Below, in pieces: positions 35,279 to 49,505 of a stretch of 64,000 bases of DNA. The stretch covers positions 1,430,070 through 1,494,069 of the forward strand of contig NW_026867631.1 of assembly GCF_020745735.1 (NCBI RefSeq), read 5' to 3'. Each line of letters begins with the position of its first letter. The first letter of the stretch is position 1. The DNA comes from Hemiscyllium ocellatum (taxonomy: Eukaryota). A program made the translations under genes and the position numbers. The notes under the pieces were generated by a model. It was not told where the DNA came from and searched no databases. It saw only the letters and a program-made list of their open reading frames with translations.

Positions 35279-37748
35279 CTGTATAGCTGTGGCATTTTCT
35301 TTAATATCATTGAATATTGCGTGCAATTTCATTCACCTCACGTTATAAAGGAGATACGTGCTCGAGAGAGATGCAGCATCTGGTGATCTGACAGAACATT
35401 CGGATGACAGTATTTTTTTCCCTGTGAAAGGACATTGGGTGTGCTGAGCCTGCACGTCTTGTTTATTGGCACGGTGGGTAAGTGGTTAGCACTAATGCGT
35501 CATCACCCTCGGATATGTATTCGATTCCAGCCTTGAGCAACCGTCTGTGTGGAGTCTCCCTGTGTCTGAATGGGTTTTATCCCACTGTCCAAAATGTGCA
35601 GGTCAGGAGAAGTTCTTTCACTTTGAAGTTTAGGACAAACTTCCAATATAATGAATTTAGTCCCCAAAAACGAATAAACTCCTCCTTTTTCGAGGTCGGT
35701 AGTGGAAAGTCCACGATGGCCTTTGTCTTTGCATTCCAAGGGGGCAACATTCCATGACAATTGTCATGTCCCAAGCACGTCAACTCTGCTGTCACAAATT
35801 CAGTTTTGTTTATAATTATTCCCAGTTTTGCCGCTCTTAATTAACGATCTCTGCGAACTGGGCCGTGTTATCCTCCCAGGACTCACTAAAGATGAGTAAA
35901 TCGTCCAAGCAGAATCCACAGTTTGTTAGCCCAGATCCAACTCTGTTCAAGAGTCTTTGGAATGTGGAGGTTGCGTTCCTCATTCCAAAGGGTATCACAT
36001 TAAATTGATATAGCCTATTTGGGGTTACAGAGTCAGAAAGTTCTTTTGTCTTGTCTGAACATATAGCTGCCAATAACCACACAGTAAATCCAATTTGGTG
36101 ATGTAACTGGCTTGTCCATCTTTTTTGATACTGGCCTCCAGTCTGAGTATTGGTTGCGGGTTCGACTTCCTTACAGCGTGGACCTTTGGATAATCCACGT
36201 TAAATAATTGATTGTCATCAGGTTTGGTGACTAAGACGAACAGTGAACTCCAGTCTCTCTGACTCAGTTCGATGCTATCTTCGATGAGCATGGCTTCCAC
36301 TTCTTTCTGGACCGATCTGGCGTAAAAAGATTAAGCCAAGAGCAGTTTGTTTTATCGAAACGTTTTCCCGTCATCTACCTCATGCACAAAGCATTATCCC
36401 ACCCCCTCCCCCGCCATGTTATTCCTACATTTGTCTTCATAATGCTGTTAGAAACCTTTCAACTACGGTCTTTGTCCCGAGACAGAGAGGTTGCTAACCT
36501 ATCCCACTCTTCAAGGACCTCCTCACTATTGAACATATATGTAGGCACAGAAAGTTACACAACGTCTGGATAGGATTCCTCACTGTGTGGGCAGTAACTA
36601 ACACCTGATTCTCCAGTTCTTTATCTCTAGTATACTACAGTTTCAACATGTTCGATTCAAATTTTCATCCATCTCGCATCTTTACTTGATAATTCACCAG
36701 GAGCGGGTTTTTTTTCAGTTTGATAGGAAAACTAAACCAAGCTTTGAAGTATCTTCAATTTTAAGTGCTTATGAATTGGTACCAGAAGCGCATTTTCAGT
36801 GGTTCAGAACAATGAAGAAGGAATCAAGTCAAAATAATGTTGATTTCGACAGCATTAAGCATATCGCCTTTGATAGACTTGTGTTAGCTTCAAAGTAACA
36901 GTACTGGTAACAGTCTGAACACGTCATCATCTCAAAAAACCGTGTGATCTGAGCCTTTATTTGCTATCGGCTTCATTTCACGTTTTGAAAAATTTAGTGC
37001 TGTTTACCTAACTCATGAACTCGATTAATGTCTCCCTCACCTCCGATACATAACCTTAGTGTGCAATCTCCAAATTTGCTCCTCTCAATTTCTCTTTAAT
37101 AATTTCAAAGTGTATCTCACTTCATGACCGTATATTAACATCGGGAATGAACTGCGTAGATTCGTTTGCGGCAACTCTGATGGAAAAATAAACGAATGGG
37201 ATACTTAAATCCTAGTCATTCGGGTAATCCTGCTGACAGTATGCTCTCAACATGGTCTTCAAAGTCTGATGCCACCTTTCTAAAGCTGCTTGGGATTTAT
37301 GATGATGCTCACTGGGATTACAGTGTTGTGTACCTCAGCTATCCACAGCCTCCTTAAACAGCTTAATACTAAATTTTGACCGATTTTCCGACTGAATCTA
37401 TCCAGGTAGCCCATATCAGGTGAAGGAAGATACTAACTCCTCGACCCCACATTTTCCCCTGATAATCTGTAATGGAATTTTCTCTGGAAATCTGGTAGAC
37501 ATACCATTATGGGTAGTAAGTACTGGTTCCAAATTTTAGTTTTCAGAAGGGGGCCAATGCAATCAATTGCACCCCGCATGAAAGGATCTTCAAATCCACA
37601 AATTGGCAATACGTTTGCTGGGTTTATTATGGCCTGTGGCTTTCCAAAGATTTGACATGCATGACTTGTATAACAAAGTTTAACAATATCCTTGTGCATT
37701 CCATGCCAATACAAATATTTTAGTACATTAGCCTGTGTCTTTCGTTCT

Positions 37749-37973
37749 TAAAAATGTGTTGCTGGAAAAGCGCAGCAGGTCAGGCAGCATCAAAGGAGCA
37801 GGAGAATCGATGTTATGGCCATAAGCCCTTCTTCAGAAATGAGGAGGGTGTGTCAAGCAGGCTAAGATTAAAGATAGGGAGGAGGGACTTGGGAGATGCT
37901 GCATGACCTGCTGTGCTTTTCCAGCAACACAGTTTTAAGCTCTGATCTCCAGCGTCTGCAGTCCTCACTTTCT
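37749..37973. mobile_element. Penelope-type palindromic insert with an exact 17-bp TSD
   Basis: cctgtgtctttcgttct occurs at 37732-37748 and 37974-37990. Confidence 0.9.
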
Positions 37974-39585
37974 CCTGTGTCTTTCGTTCTCCGAGTTGAT
38001 CTTGTACAAGTAGTTCATGCTCTACCCGTAACTCTTTCCCTCTGCCTATCGAAAACGCAATCTGGTGCACTTCTGCCCATTTGTCCTCTGCATTCACCTG
38101 CCATGGTCTCTATTTCGGTCTTAGGATCCTGTATTTCAGCTAATGATTTTCAGGAATTATCTCTCCGTCTTTTTAAGAGTACGCATCCACATCTGTACCT
38201 TCCATCGCTAATTCCTTCTGTTGCAAGTCCTTTAGCATTTGAGGACGAAACACTTCTGTCTGACCCTCTGCCTGTTCAAGTTTACACTGCAACATGACAT
38301 CAAATCATGTGTCCGTTAAAAGAAGCTCAACTCCTTCTTCTTTCTCTTGAATATTTGCTCTGTGCTTTGGCTTGTTACCGAAATCTTTTTACTAAACAGT
38401 CTGAGAAAATATCAGGGTACTTTTGTTTCATCTCCTCCGTTTCTGATCCTCCTTCAGATTGTCCACTCCAAATTTGGATCTGGCTAAAGCATTCCCAAGA
38501 ATCAACTGGATGCCTGCAACTGACAGTCTGTCAATCACTCCCATTGTGACTTGCCCATACTTGATTTGGTAATCCAACATGATTTTAAATGCATGAAAGC
38601 TAAATTTCAGTCCAGTTATCACTCGATTTCCCACACTCTCAGGTAACAGACAGGAAATGGCCAAATTCGCTCATCTCTTATTGTTCGAGACTGATTAGAT
38701 CCTGTATCTCTCAAAATCATAACGTTAAGTCCGTCTGCCCCGCTGTTTCTGAGTAAAGTTTAACCACACAGACGACGTTTTCATAGAGATAAGGTACTGT
38801 CTCAGTACACTGCCTCTGCTTAAACGATATATGCAACTGCAGCTCCTCAGCTCTTCCAAGGAATTATTTTACTTCTGTCACACATGCCTCTCGCTCAACT
38901 TCTTTTATGACACTTTTTACCAACGCACTTTTCTGTACCGGCCAGCACTGTGACCTTCCCTCTCCCACTTTACTACAGCGGAATGTTCTAAAGCCTTTCA
39001 CATCATGTCCACCCTCTCGGGCTTCATTTCTGACCTGTGGTAAACTCTTACCAGTGTTCTCCGCTGTTTCTTTCATCGTGTACGATCTCCCCATCTCCCA
39101 ATTTCTATCCCTCACAAAAAGACATTGCAAATGAAGCCTGTATTATGCACAAGCATGTATGTCTCTGCTATTTCAGCTGCCCTGCTCACTTCCTGAACTG
39201 TTGCTCCTCCACATGAATTCTTATCATTTCTCGCAGTGACTGTTTATGTCGACAGCAGAATGATCTTTCTCCTAGCCACACGCATCTATCAAAAGGAATG
39301 TACTTAAAGCTTTTGAAATCAACATAATTATGATTTGTCCTTTCTTTATGTTTCTGAACCGCTGTCTATGCAGTTCCGGTACCAATTTGTAAGCGTGACA
39401 GTCTGTGCGTTTCCAGCACCACACTCTCATTTCTAATCTCCAGCATCTGCATTCCTCACTTGTTTCTTCTCAACATGGTTGGAAAATTTGGTAATTATCT
39501 TCAAAAACTAGAACATATTTAGCAATTTTTAAGCGACAGTTTATTCACTTCTAAAGTAACCAGCAACATGTCGTCAGCATGGTGG

Positions 39586-39885
39586 CGTGGGCGGCACGGT
39601 AGTATAATGCTTTGTACTTTTCCACAGTGCCGGAAAGGCGGCTTCAATTCTCGCCTCAGGCAACTGTCTGTGTGGAGTTTGCACATTCTTCCCCTGTCTG
39701 CGTGGGTTTGCTCCGGCTTCCTCCCATAGTCCAAAAAATGTGCAGGTTGGGTGAATTGGCCACGCTAAATTGCCCGTAGCGTTTGGTGTAGGGGAATGGG
39801 TCTGCGTGGATTGCTTTTCGGAGAGTCTGTGTGGGCTTGATGGGCCAAAAGGCCTGTTTCCACACTGTTAGTAACATAATCGAAT
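39586..39885 (+). mobile_element. HE1-type SINE
   Basis: gtgggcggcacggtag..ggcctgtttccacactg. Confidence 0.85.
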
Positions 39886-40799
39886 GTCTTCCCCCTGTTT
39901 GATTTCAAGTTCAATAACACTATACTGTAATTATTTAAATCTAATGACTTTATTCATATCCAAAATCAGTTCAAATCTCTCCAAATCTCATTCTGGATCT
40001 GTCCAAACCTGTTCAAATTGTTGACGAAACCCCTCAAAGTGTTACACCATGGGGTAAACACCTCTGCTAATTTACACTCACCACACACCAAAGATTGACC
40101 TCACGCCATAACCTGTTAAATTTCAAGAGGAAATACACTATCCCAGAGGTCGATATTTTAAGTAAAATCTCAAAATTCTATTCCTTAAATCAAACAGAGA
40201 ATATTAGAACAACTGTTTGACCTCTTTGCTCTTAAATATATCTTTTACCTCCCACTCCGCAACACTGGTCTGATTAATTTTTGAAAAACGATTCAAATTG
40301 ATACAAAAAAAACACGTTTGAAAAGTATTGTCACCTTTGTTGTTTTTCCATTGTAGATTTTCCTCTGTAGTCTTTCCGTGTTCGGTTTCGATGTTCTGCT
40401 GCACAAACCTCTTATTGACATGCACTTTCCGCAGAGCACTTCAACTATCAGTCTATCTTTGTGGATGCCTTGGCAGTTCTTCTTTGGATGTTCAGAAATT
40501 CCAGTTTTATACCCAAAAAGTGTCATAGTTTCATTGGTTTCCACATTATCAAATACTAAATTCTGTTTTGATTGAATTTTGATATCTTGGGGCAAAATAG
40601 TTTTGATTGGAAAATCATGAATATGTCTTTGTCTCATGGTAGCTCAACTGCAGGTATTTGTTTCAACAAAATGTTGTATTCTTACTGCGTTCAGGAGTCT
40701 CTGTGCTTTGTCATTCCTTGCTTGCTATTCAATCCTCTTAAAGGTATCATGCATCTTTGACCTTTCATAATTATTGGTTATAAGTCTGGCCCATTTAGC

Positions 40800-43700
40800 A
40801 CCGTAGTAGTGCCAACACAGTACTCTGAACGTTTGATTCGAGACGAAGGCATGACTATGTCTTCACAAGAAATGCTGTAGTTGGAACCTTTAATCTGGGT
40901 TTTGTTGTAACAATTGTTACCGATTTGGAGGCAGATGCAAAGCACTTAAGAGAAAGGAGATTTAATGTTGTAAACAGTTGCTGGCTAATTTTTACTTTTT
41001 TGAATTTTGGAACACATTGATATTTTTTCCTTTAAATAGTGAAATTTCGGAATTCGCTGTCTCTTATATTCCTACTGATCACAAGGCGACGTGAACCATT
41101 CTGCGTGCTTGTTTGAATTAACAAAGCGGGTTACTGCCGTGTCGTATCATTTGTTGGTCTCGCACCTGTGATTTGGTTGAGCTTAGACAAATCGAGCCTG
41201 AGATTCGGACAGATTTGAATAAACTTGATTTTACGAAAGATCCCAGCAGGTTTAATTACTTGCCGATTAGTGCACTAGGTATTCAAATAAAGTGTTGGCC
41301 ATGCGACTAATTTACGTGTGGTTCGTTGTGCTTGGTTGAATAAAAAGTGAAAGAAATGGATCTTAAAATTGCCAGGTTGTGGAGTTTGAAGATAATTGTT
41401 AAATTTTCCCACAATGTTTGGAAAAACAGAAGAATGTCAGATGTATAAAATTTGCAAGTAGCTTAGAATTAGAGCTAACAAAGGAAAGAAATGTAGATCT
41501 GAAATTGTTAGGGAGTTAATCAAGCACTTCGGTGTGCCGAAGAAACAAACAAGTGCAGCAGAATGAGCAAAAAAAAACGTTTGAGCAAAATGGAGATAGA
41601 AATAATGCTAGTGAAAAAAAATTTCAGATCTGAGCAAAGAGAGAGAGAGACAACAGATAGAAAAAGAGATAGAAGAGAAAGGATGAGTGAAATTGAACTT
41701 CACAAGTTGTGAATTAGTCAAGAAAGTTAAGTAAATAGGTTGGAGTTGAGGAGAGAATGTGCTGAGCTACACATGCATGTCAAAACATTGCCATATTTTG
41801 CCAGAACGACGTTCAAAACTTCTTTATTTCGTTTGCAAAATTATCTGGGCTGATGGAGTGGTCACATAACTTGTGGTTAATGCCAATTCAGACTAAGTTG
41901 GTAGGCAGAGCTAGTGAGGTAATTGCAAAGTGGTTAGAAGAGGGATCAAGAGATTATAAATCGGTACCAGAAGCGTAGAGATATCGTTTCAGAAATACAA
42001 CGGCGGGAATAGGTCAGTCTGATATTAAGTTTGAAAGAATAAAACATCATATGTTTTGCAAATGTTTGCGGGCTTTAAAAGTAGGTAAGAGCAACGAGGA
42101 TTCGAAGGAGGTGATTCTGGTGGAGACATTTAAAAAACTCACTTTCAGAGCTGACAAGTATTAATGTCCAAGAACAGAAAATTCAACAATTGAGACCAGT
42201 GGCAGAGAAGGCAGGCGAATATTCATTGATGCATTCGGCAATCTTTCAATTCCATTAATAGTTTCACTCAGGGAGGGACAAAAATTGTGAGAAGGGGAGA
42301 TGCTGCACATCAAAACGAAGAGTGAGCGCACTATCCGTTGTCTATCACAGATTTACCAAAAATGCCAAGTTGAAGGTGAGGTGTGAAAGGCCTCAGGTAA
42401 TTTCACCGCAGAGGAGTGGGACACAAAATTACAGTGTTGCTTGTGCAAGAAGTGGACTGGCAAAAGGTGTTTTTACTGACACAACATGGAACACATAAAG
42501 GCACAATGCGGCCATTAAAGAAAGGCGCTGAGGGAAAAGTTGTCGTGAGAGATTATAAGCCAGTGGCATTAGTGAAATACTTGCACAAAACCCGAAGAAG
42601 AGCCATGGAGATGCAGGAAAGTGCTCAACCTGGACAGGGGCTGGCTATACAGTTAGTACCTGATCTCGAGAAAGACTTCGCCTTTTTCAGTTACGTTTAC
42701 TTAGAAAGCAAGGGTGCGGGTGTAAATGAAAAGAAGTTATAATTTTGAGAGTTACAAGACATAATCAGTTTTTAGTCTCAAAAGATGAACGTATTTTCAC
42801 ATTTTTTGACTTGTTAACCGAAAGAGTACTAATTTGTGCGATAGATGGACAGGCAATTAGCGCCTCCCTATACTTAAGATCAAGATGGACTTCCAACTCA
42901 TACCAGCAAGATAACAGTGTGAATGAATAACAGAGTGACAGTTTCAGCAATACAGTTGTTCATGGGAAGGATTTCGCAGAATCCAAGGTCAGAGTGACAT
43001 CCTCGTTATGGACAAACGAAATGAATACCACTGAACAGATTAGTCAAAAGAAACATAACCTGGACTTTTTTTTCAGACAGTAAGATAACAAAATCCTACG
43101 ATCATATTCACGACACAAAGCAAAAACATAAGTGAAAGCCGAAGGAGTGGAGGTTCACTGGGAGGACACGCTGTTTCACGTAGTGGTGCAGGAAAAGCCT
43201 GAACAGGCAGTGGGTGAAGCAGAAGTGCGTACATCTGAAACGCTAATGGATGTACAAGTGAAAGACGCGACAGTAAAAGACACACATAATGGTGCATAAT
43301 TTGAAAAGGAACAGAAAGCATCCTGAGTGTTGTTTTCTTAAGGATTGAATCCTAAGATGAAAATAAAGACTATGGCAAGTTAATACAGAGGAGAAACGGA
43401 CAGAGGTGCACCACATTGTGTTGCTGGTAGCATACAGACGGTAAATGGGTAGCACATCAATTACTAAGGGATCACTCGGTGTCAGGAAGAATCAGGTTAA
43501 AGTAGAAAAGCATTCTATTGGTGTGGAATGCACAAGGATGTGTTTAATCAATATTGTACATGTCATAAGTTCCATATGGTAGGTAGGTCGCAGGCAGTAA
43601 TAAAAGCAGCACCATTGTTGCTAATTCCAGCATACAAAGAACTTTTCACGCTATTTATGTTTGATTGTGTAGGTCTCCCTCTTAGAAATAGAAGTGGGTA

Positions 43701-44270
43701 CCAGTATTTGCTCACCATCGTGGATTCCTGATGGAGGGCCTTTGCCCGAAACTTCGATTTTACTGCTCCTCGGATGCTGAGTGATCTGCTGTGCTCTTCC
43801 AGCACCACTACTCCAGAATCTGGTTTCCAGCATCTGCAGTCATTGTTTTTACCGTAGTGGATGTGTCGACCAGATTTCCGCAGACAATTTTGTTGCACAA
43901 TATGAAGGCGGAAAGTATGGTAGAGGAGATGGTAGCTTCCTTCAGGCGGTATGGGATACCGCCTGAAGGACCAAGTTTGTAATTTTACTTCTAGGCTATT
44001 TAAGGAAGTCGTGGATAGCTTAGGCAAGCAGTATGTTAAATGAAGTGCTTATCATCCTGAATTCCAGGAACCTTTAGAAAGGTGGGATCAGATCCTGAAG
44101 GACATGTGAACAGAGTACTCTCGGGATTACCCGAATTTTTCGAATAAAGGTAATCCAATGTACTATTTACCATTGGGATGCTCCAAATGAACCAACTTAG
44201 TTGACCGACTCTTATTCAACATTCGGACATGATGTGAAAGGGCCGATGAAATTAATTAAAGAGAAAATTG
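40800..44270 (+). mobile_element. Decayed Gmr1-like element: partial LTR (to ~41149), gag, PR, IN
   Basis: LTR end ctgccgtgtcgtatca; gag VPEA motif near 41963; IN CHKFHMVGRSQAVIK..FDCVGLP..YQYLLTIVD; PR is followed directly by IN. Confidence 0.8.
43726..43850 (+). mobile_element. Penelope-type single-arm insert
   Basis: Degenerate core cctgatggagggcctttgcccgaaacttc; flanks accatcgtggat/accgtagtggat. Confidence 0.8.
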
Positions 44271-44828
44271 GAGGAGTCATCGACAGTGAAGAAGGTTTCC
44301 TCAGATTACAATGAGATTTTGATTCAGTGGGCCAATGGGCTAAGGACTGGCAGATGGAGTGTAAATTAAATAAATGCAAGTTGCTGTACATTGGAAATGC
44401 GAAACTGAGCAGGATGTAATGGTAACGTCGTCCGACGAGTGTTGTTGAACAAAGAGACCTCGGATTACCGACTCAATGGTCCATGAAAGTGCAGTCACAG
44501 GTAGTTAGGACTGTGAAGAAGGCGTTGGGTATGCTTGTTTTATTGGTCAGATTATTGAGTATATGAGTTTGGAGGTCATGTTGCTGCTTTACAGGACGTT
44601 GCTCATGCCGATTTTGGAATATTGCATGCAATTAAGGTCTTCGTCTATTAGGAACGATGTGAATCTTGAAGGGTGCAGAAAAGATTTACAAGCGTGTAGC
44701 CAGGGTTGGACGTTTGAGCTACAGGGAGAGGCTGAGCAGACTGGCGTTATTTCCCTGGAGCGTCGGAGACTGAGGGTAGACCTTATTGAGGTTTATAAAG
44801 TCATGAAGTGCATGGCTATGATCAATGG
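44262..44828 (+). mobile_element. CR1 RT C-terminal fragment
   Basis: KIGGVIDSEEG..; LYRTLLMPILEYCMQ..SLERRRLRVDLIEVYK. Confidence 0.85.
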
Positions 44829-46934
44829 CGTTAGGACATGCGGTCAACACTCCTGCTTAATCTAAAGCTAGCCACACAGAAAAGATTGATACCGTGAAAT
44901 AATATGGAAACATTCGAGTGGCCTGGAAATATTCAAAGTTTAAATTAATTATTACATTTCTTAAATTATAACCGAGAATCATTAACTAACAACTGCTTGC
45001 AACTCCTTCCTCTATTTCTTTTTTTACCTTGCCTTTTATGGTACCACTTCGATAAAACTCGAAATTCAGATCCACAGAAAAAAATAAGCTTTTAATTCAG
45101 CCAGCAGTCCAATGTTTTCTTTATCTTCTTTGGTAGTTTCGTTCTCCAGATCAATGTTGAGATTTTTCTCTGTTGCAAACTGGTTCTCTCGACAGATACC
45201 TCGCAGCGTGTGTGACGACCATCCGACATCTGTTGGTCTGGTAGCAATTCTCCTCCCAACACTTCAAGTTTGCCTTTCTTATTTGCTAAAGCAGCCAATG
45301 TTGTGAAAGGCATTTATGATTGTCAATTTCCTCCCTTCAAACTTGTTTAGAATTTGGTACTTTTCGAGAATTAATTTAAACTGGTTATTTAGACTCTGTT
45401 TTGTAGTTTCCAGGCAAAAGGCTACTCCCGTAACTTGAGTACACGATGCATTTGTCTTAATGGTAACACTTGGTGCTGTCCCTGCTAGCTTTTCCTCTCT
45501 TTAAGGTACAGCACACCTACATCTTCATAACATCTCCCCTTAAGAAAACAAGTAATCATTATATTGAAAACCTGGCATCATATTTTATTGTTTACTTTTT
45601 AAACATATTAACCTAGTATACTGGTAACTTTAATATAAGTTCACATTGATTTCTTCCCATGCATCTTTGCAAGTATAACATTACATAATTACAAATCACA
45701 TCTAAACTCGATCAGTTAAATCTGCGATGATGTATCTATGTTTACATTCTTTTGACCCGCAACATGTATGAATATTGAATTAGAACCTGCAACATAAGAA
45801 ACGAACAAAATAGTCTCATATCCTTATCTTTACAACGTTCTAAAATGCAATCGGATTGTTGTCAGTGTACACAACTGCCTCTGACATGCTGTTCGTGACA
45901 TACACATTAAAATGTGCAAAGACCAGGTACAAACTCTGTAGTTCCTTTTGATTGTGGAATAATTTCTCTCGTGGATGCTGATCTTCCTCGAAAAGCAACC
46001 AACTGGCTGTTCAATCCTGTAGGAGTACACCGTCAACTGCCAAGTCACCAGCACCGCTGGCAGCTTAAAAAAGTTTTGAAACGTTTGGTGTAGCTAAAAC
46101 TGGTTTGGTGGTAATTATCGATTCCAAATTGTTTTATGCCTCCTGGCATGTTTCTGTCCATCGAAATTTTATGTTCTTCTTCACCAAATTATTTATCGGT
46201 GCCACTTCACAGCTAAAGTTTGGAACAAACTTACAGGAGCATCCGCTAATTTCTAAGATTCAAAGCCCCTCTTTTTTCAAGGTCTGCCGTGGAAATTCTT
46301 TGACGTTTTTCGTCTTTGCGTTCCGTCGTGTCAACCTTCCATGACTGATGTTATGTCCCAAGGATGTCACCTCTGCTTTTGCGAATTTGGTTTTGATTTA
46401 AGTTTAACACCAGTTTTGCTTCTATGTAGTGCTTCCAAGAACTCTGTCAACTGTAACATGTGATCGTTCCAGGACTGAGAAACGATCACTACATCGTCCA
46501 AATAGACAGCACTGTTTGTTGACCCAGCCACAGCTCTGTTCATGAGTCTTTAGAATGTGATGGGTGCGTTCTTCATTCCAAAGGGCATCACTTTAAACTG
46601 ACATGTCCTATTTTGGGTTACAAACGGGGAAATTCCTACCGATAAATGTACCTGATTGTAATAAGGGAATAAGGCGAACATGGGGATAAGACTGGCCTAT
46701 TCGACTTTGTCGATACAGTCCTCCAATCTATGAATAGATAGTCCAAAGTTGTAACGACGTTGATCAATCAATAATCCACGCAGACTCGTTGAGTTCCATC
46801 TGGTATGGGAAATAAGAGGATTGTGGAACTCTGCTCGATATGGGATGTTTCAATGATATCTTCGTGGAGCATGGCCTAAATTTCTTTCGGCACCTTTCTG
46901 GCTTATCGTAGCAGTATTTCATATCGTCTGATAG

Positions 46935-49505
46935 AGTTATGGAGACGTACTGCATGGAAACAGACTATTCGGTTCAACCCGTCCATGCCGAACAGATATC
47001 CTCACCCAATCTCGTCCGACTTGCCAGCACCCGGCTCATATCCCTCCAAACCTGTCCTATTCATATACTGATCTACATGCCTCTTAACTGTTGCAATTGT
47101 ACCAGCCTCCACCACGTCCTCTGGCAGCTCATTCCATACATGTACCACCCTCTGCGTGAAAAAGTTGCACCTTAGATCTCTTTTATAACTTTCCCCTGTC
47201 ACCCTAAACCTATGCCCTCTGTTTCTGGACTGCCCAACTCCAGGGAAAAGAACTTGTCTATTTAACCTATCCATGCCCCTCATAATTTTGAAAACATCTT
47301 TAAGGTCACAACTCAGCCTCCGACGCTCCAGGTAAAACAGCCCCAGCCTGTTCAGCCACTTCCTGTATCTCAGATCCTCCAACCCTAGCAACATCGTTGT
47401 CAATCTTTTCTGAACCCTTTCAAATTTCACAACACCTTTCCGATCGGAAGGAGACTGGAATTGCACGCAATATTCCAACAGCGGCCTTAGTAATGTCTGT
47501 ACAGCCGCAATATGACCTTCCAACTCCTGTACTCAATACTCTGACCAATAAAGGAAAACATACCAAACACCTTCTTCACTGTTCTATCTACCTGCGACTC
47601 CACTTACAAGGAGCCATGAACTGCACTCCAAGGTCTCTTTGTTCAGCAACACTCCCTAGGACCTTGCCATTAAATATATAAGTCCTCCTAAGATTTACTT
47701 TCACAAAACACAGCACCTCGCATTTATCTGAATTAAACTCGATCTGCCTCCTCTCAGCCCATTGGCCCATCTGTTCCAGATCCAGTTGTAGTCTGAGATA
47801 ACCCTCTTCGCTGTCCACTACACCTCCAATTTTTGTGTCATTTGCAAACTTACAAATTGTACTCGCATCCAAATCATTTATGTTAATGACAACAAGTAGA
47901 GGGGCCGGCACCGATCCTTGTGGCATTCCACTGGTCACAGTCCCCCAGTCTGAAAAGCAACCCTCCACCAGCACCCTCTGTGTTCTACGTTTGAACCAGT
48001 TCTATGTAAAAATGGCTTGTTCTCCTTATATTCCATGAGATCTAATCTTGCTAATTAGTCTCCCATCGTGAACCTTATCGAACGCCTTACTAAAGTCCAT
48101 ATTGATCACATTAACTGCTCTGCCCTCACCAAATCTTCTTTGTTACGTCTTCAAAAAACTCACTCAAGTTTGTGAGACATGATTTGCCATGCACAAAGCC
48201 ATGTTGACTATCCCTAATCAGTGTTGAAAAATGTGTTGCTGAAAACGCGCAGCAGGTCAGGCAGCATCCAGGCAGCAGGAGAATCCACGTTTCCGGCATA
48301 AGCCCTTCCTGAGGAATCCAACTGTCCCAAATGAGTCCATGCCTTTCCAAGTACATGTAAATCCTTTCCCTCAGAATTTCCTCCAAAATCTTGCCCACCA
48401 CCGATATCAGAATCTCCAGTCTGGCCTATCTTTACCGCCCTTCTGAAACAGCGGCAACACGTTAGCTAACCACGAGTCTTCCGGCACCCCCTGTGACTGT
48501 CAATGATTCAAACAGCTCATCAAGACTCCCAGCAATCCCTTCTCTTGCTTCCCACAGAACTCTCGGGTACATCTGAACATGTCTTGGGGATTGACCCACC
48601 TTGAAACGTTTCAAGACATCCAGCACTTGCTCCTCTGTAATGTTGACATTTTGCAACGTGTCACCATCCACTTGCCTATAGTCTATATCTCCCATATGCT
48701 TTTCGACAGAAAAGACTGATGCAAAATATTCATTTAGTATCTCCCCATTTTCTGTGGCTCCACACAAACGCGACCTTGCTGATATTTGAGGGGCTCTATT
48801 CTCTCCATAGTTCACCTTTTTACTTAATATATTTGTAAAATCCCTTTTGATTCTCCTTAATTCCATTGGCCAAAGCTATCTCATGTCCCCGTTTTTCCCT
48901 CCTGACTTCACTCTTTAATATACCCCTACTGCCTTTATACTCTTCTAAATATTCACTCGATCTATCCTGTCTATACCTAACATATGCTTCTTTCTTTTTC
49001 CTAACCAAACCCTCAATTTCTTTAGTCATCCAACATTCCCTATAGGTACCAGATTCCCCTTTCACCGTGATAGGAATATACTTTCTCTGGCTTCCCATTT
49101 TCCAGCTGCCCCTTTCACTGCGAACAACTGCCTCCAATCAGTTTTCTAACGTTCTTGCTTGATACCGTCAAAACTGGTCTTTTTTTTCTCAATTTAGAAC
49201 TTCAACTTTTAGATCTCGTCTATCCTTTTCTTCTACTATTTGAAAAGGAATAGAATGATGTTCGCTGGCCCCAAAGTGCTCCCCACTGAAAACTCAGTCA
49301 CGTGCCCTGCCTTATTTCCGAAGAGTAGGTCAGGTTTTGCACCTTCTCTGGTAGATACATCCAACATACTTAATCAGAAAATTGTCTTGTACACACTTAA
49401 GAAATTCCTCTCCATATAAACCTTTAAGACTATGGCAGTTGCAGTCGATTTTTGGAAAGTTAAAATCCCCTACCATAACTACCCTATAATTCTAACAGAT
49501 AGCTG
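46935..49505 (-). mobile_element. CR1/HER1 LINE, 5'-truncated, frameshifted
   Basis: SQHGFVHGKSCLTNL, SGMPQGSV, CKFANDTKIGG and FTQRVVHVWNELP motifs. Confidence 0.95.
48223..48319 (-). mobile_element. Penelope-type single-arm insert in the CR1
   Basis: Flanks gactatccctaatcagt/aactgtcccaaatgagt; degenerate hammerhead on the minus strand. Confidence 0.75.

Larger units (their letters stand above)
32493..35605. repeat. Inverted duplication: arms ~32493-33677 and ~34421-35605, spacer ~740 bp
   Basis: The arms are reverse complements at roughly 90% identity by eye; mirror ORFs MNVVRQKTEE at 32910-33182(-) and 34914-35126(+). Confidence 0.95.
35606..40770 (-). mobile_element. Decayed Gmr1-like Gypsy element: 5' LTR 40040-40770, gag, PR, IN, RT
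   Basis: The LTR ends GGTGTAACA followed by PBS-like ttgaggggtttcgtc. Zinc knuckle FRCSKVG..SQC; IN YWHGM..CQIFGKP..IDCIGPL (37433-37714); RT DLLCGYWQ, PFGMRNA and CLDDLLIFS (35837-36300). Confidence 0.9.

Noticed and set aside
32493-35605. DNA transposon with long TIRs
   Set aside because: The arms are composites of LTR, flank and SINE; no transposase or TSD was seen.
32831-40770. Intact LTR pair of one young element
   Set aside because: The 5' LTR (40040-40770) and 3' LTR (32831-33550) are only distantly similar, and all ORFs are broken.
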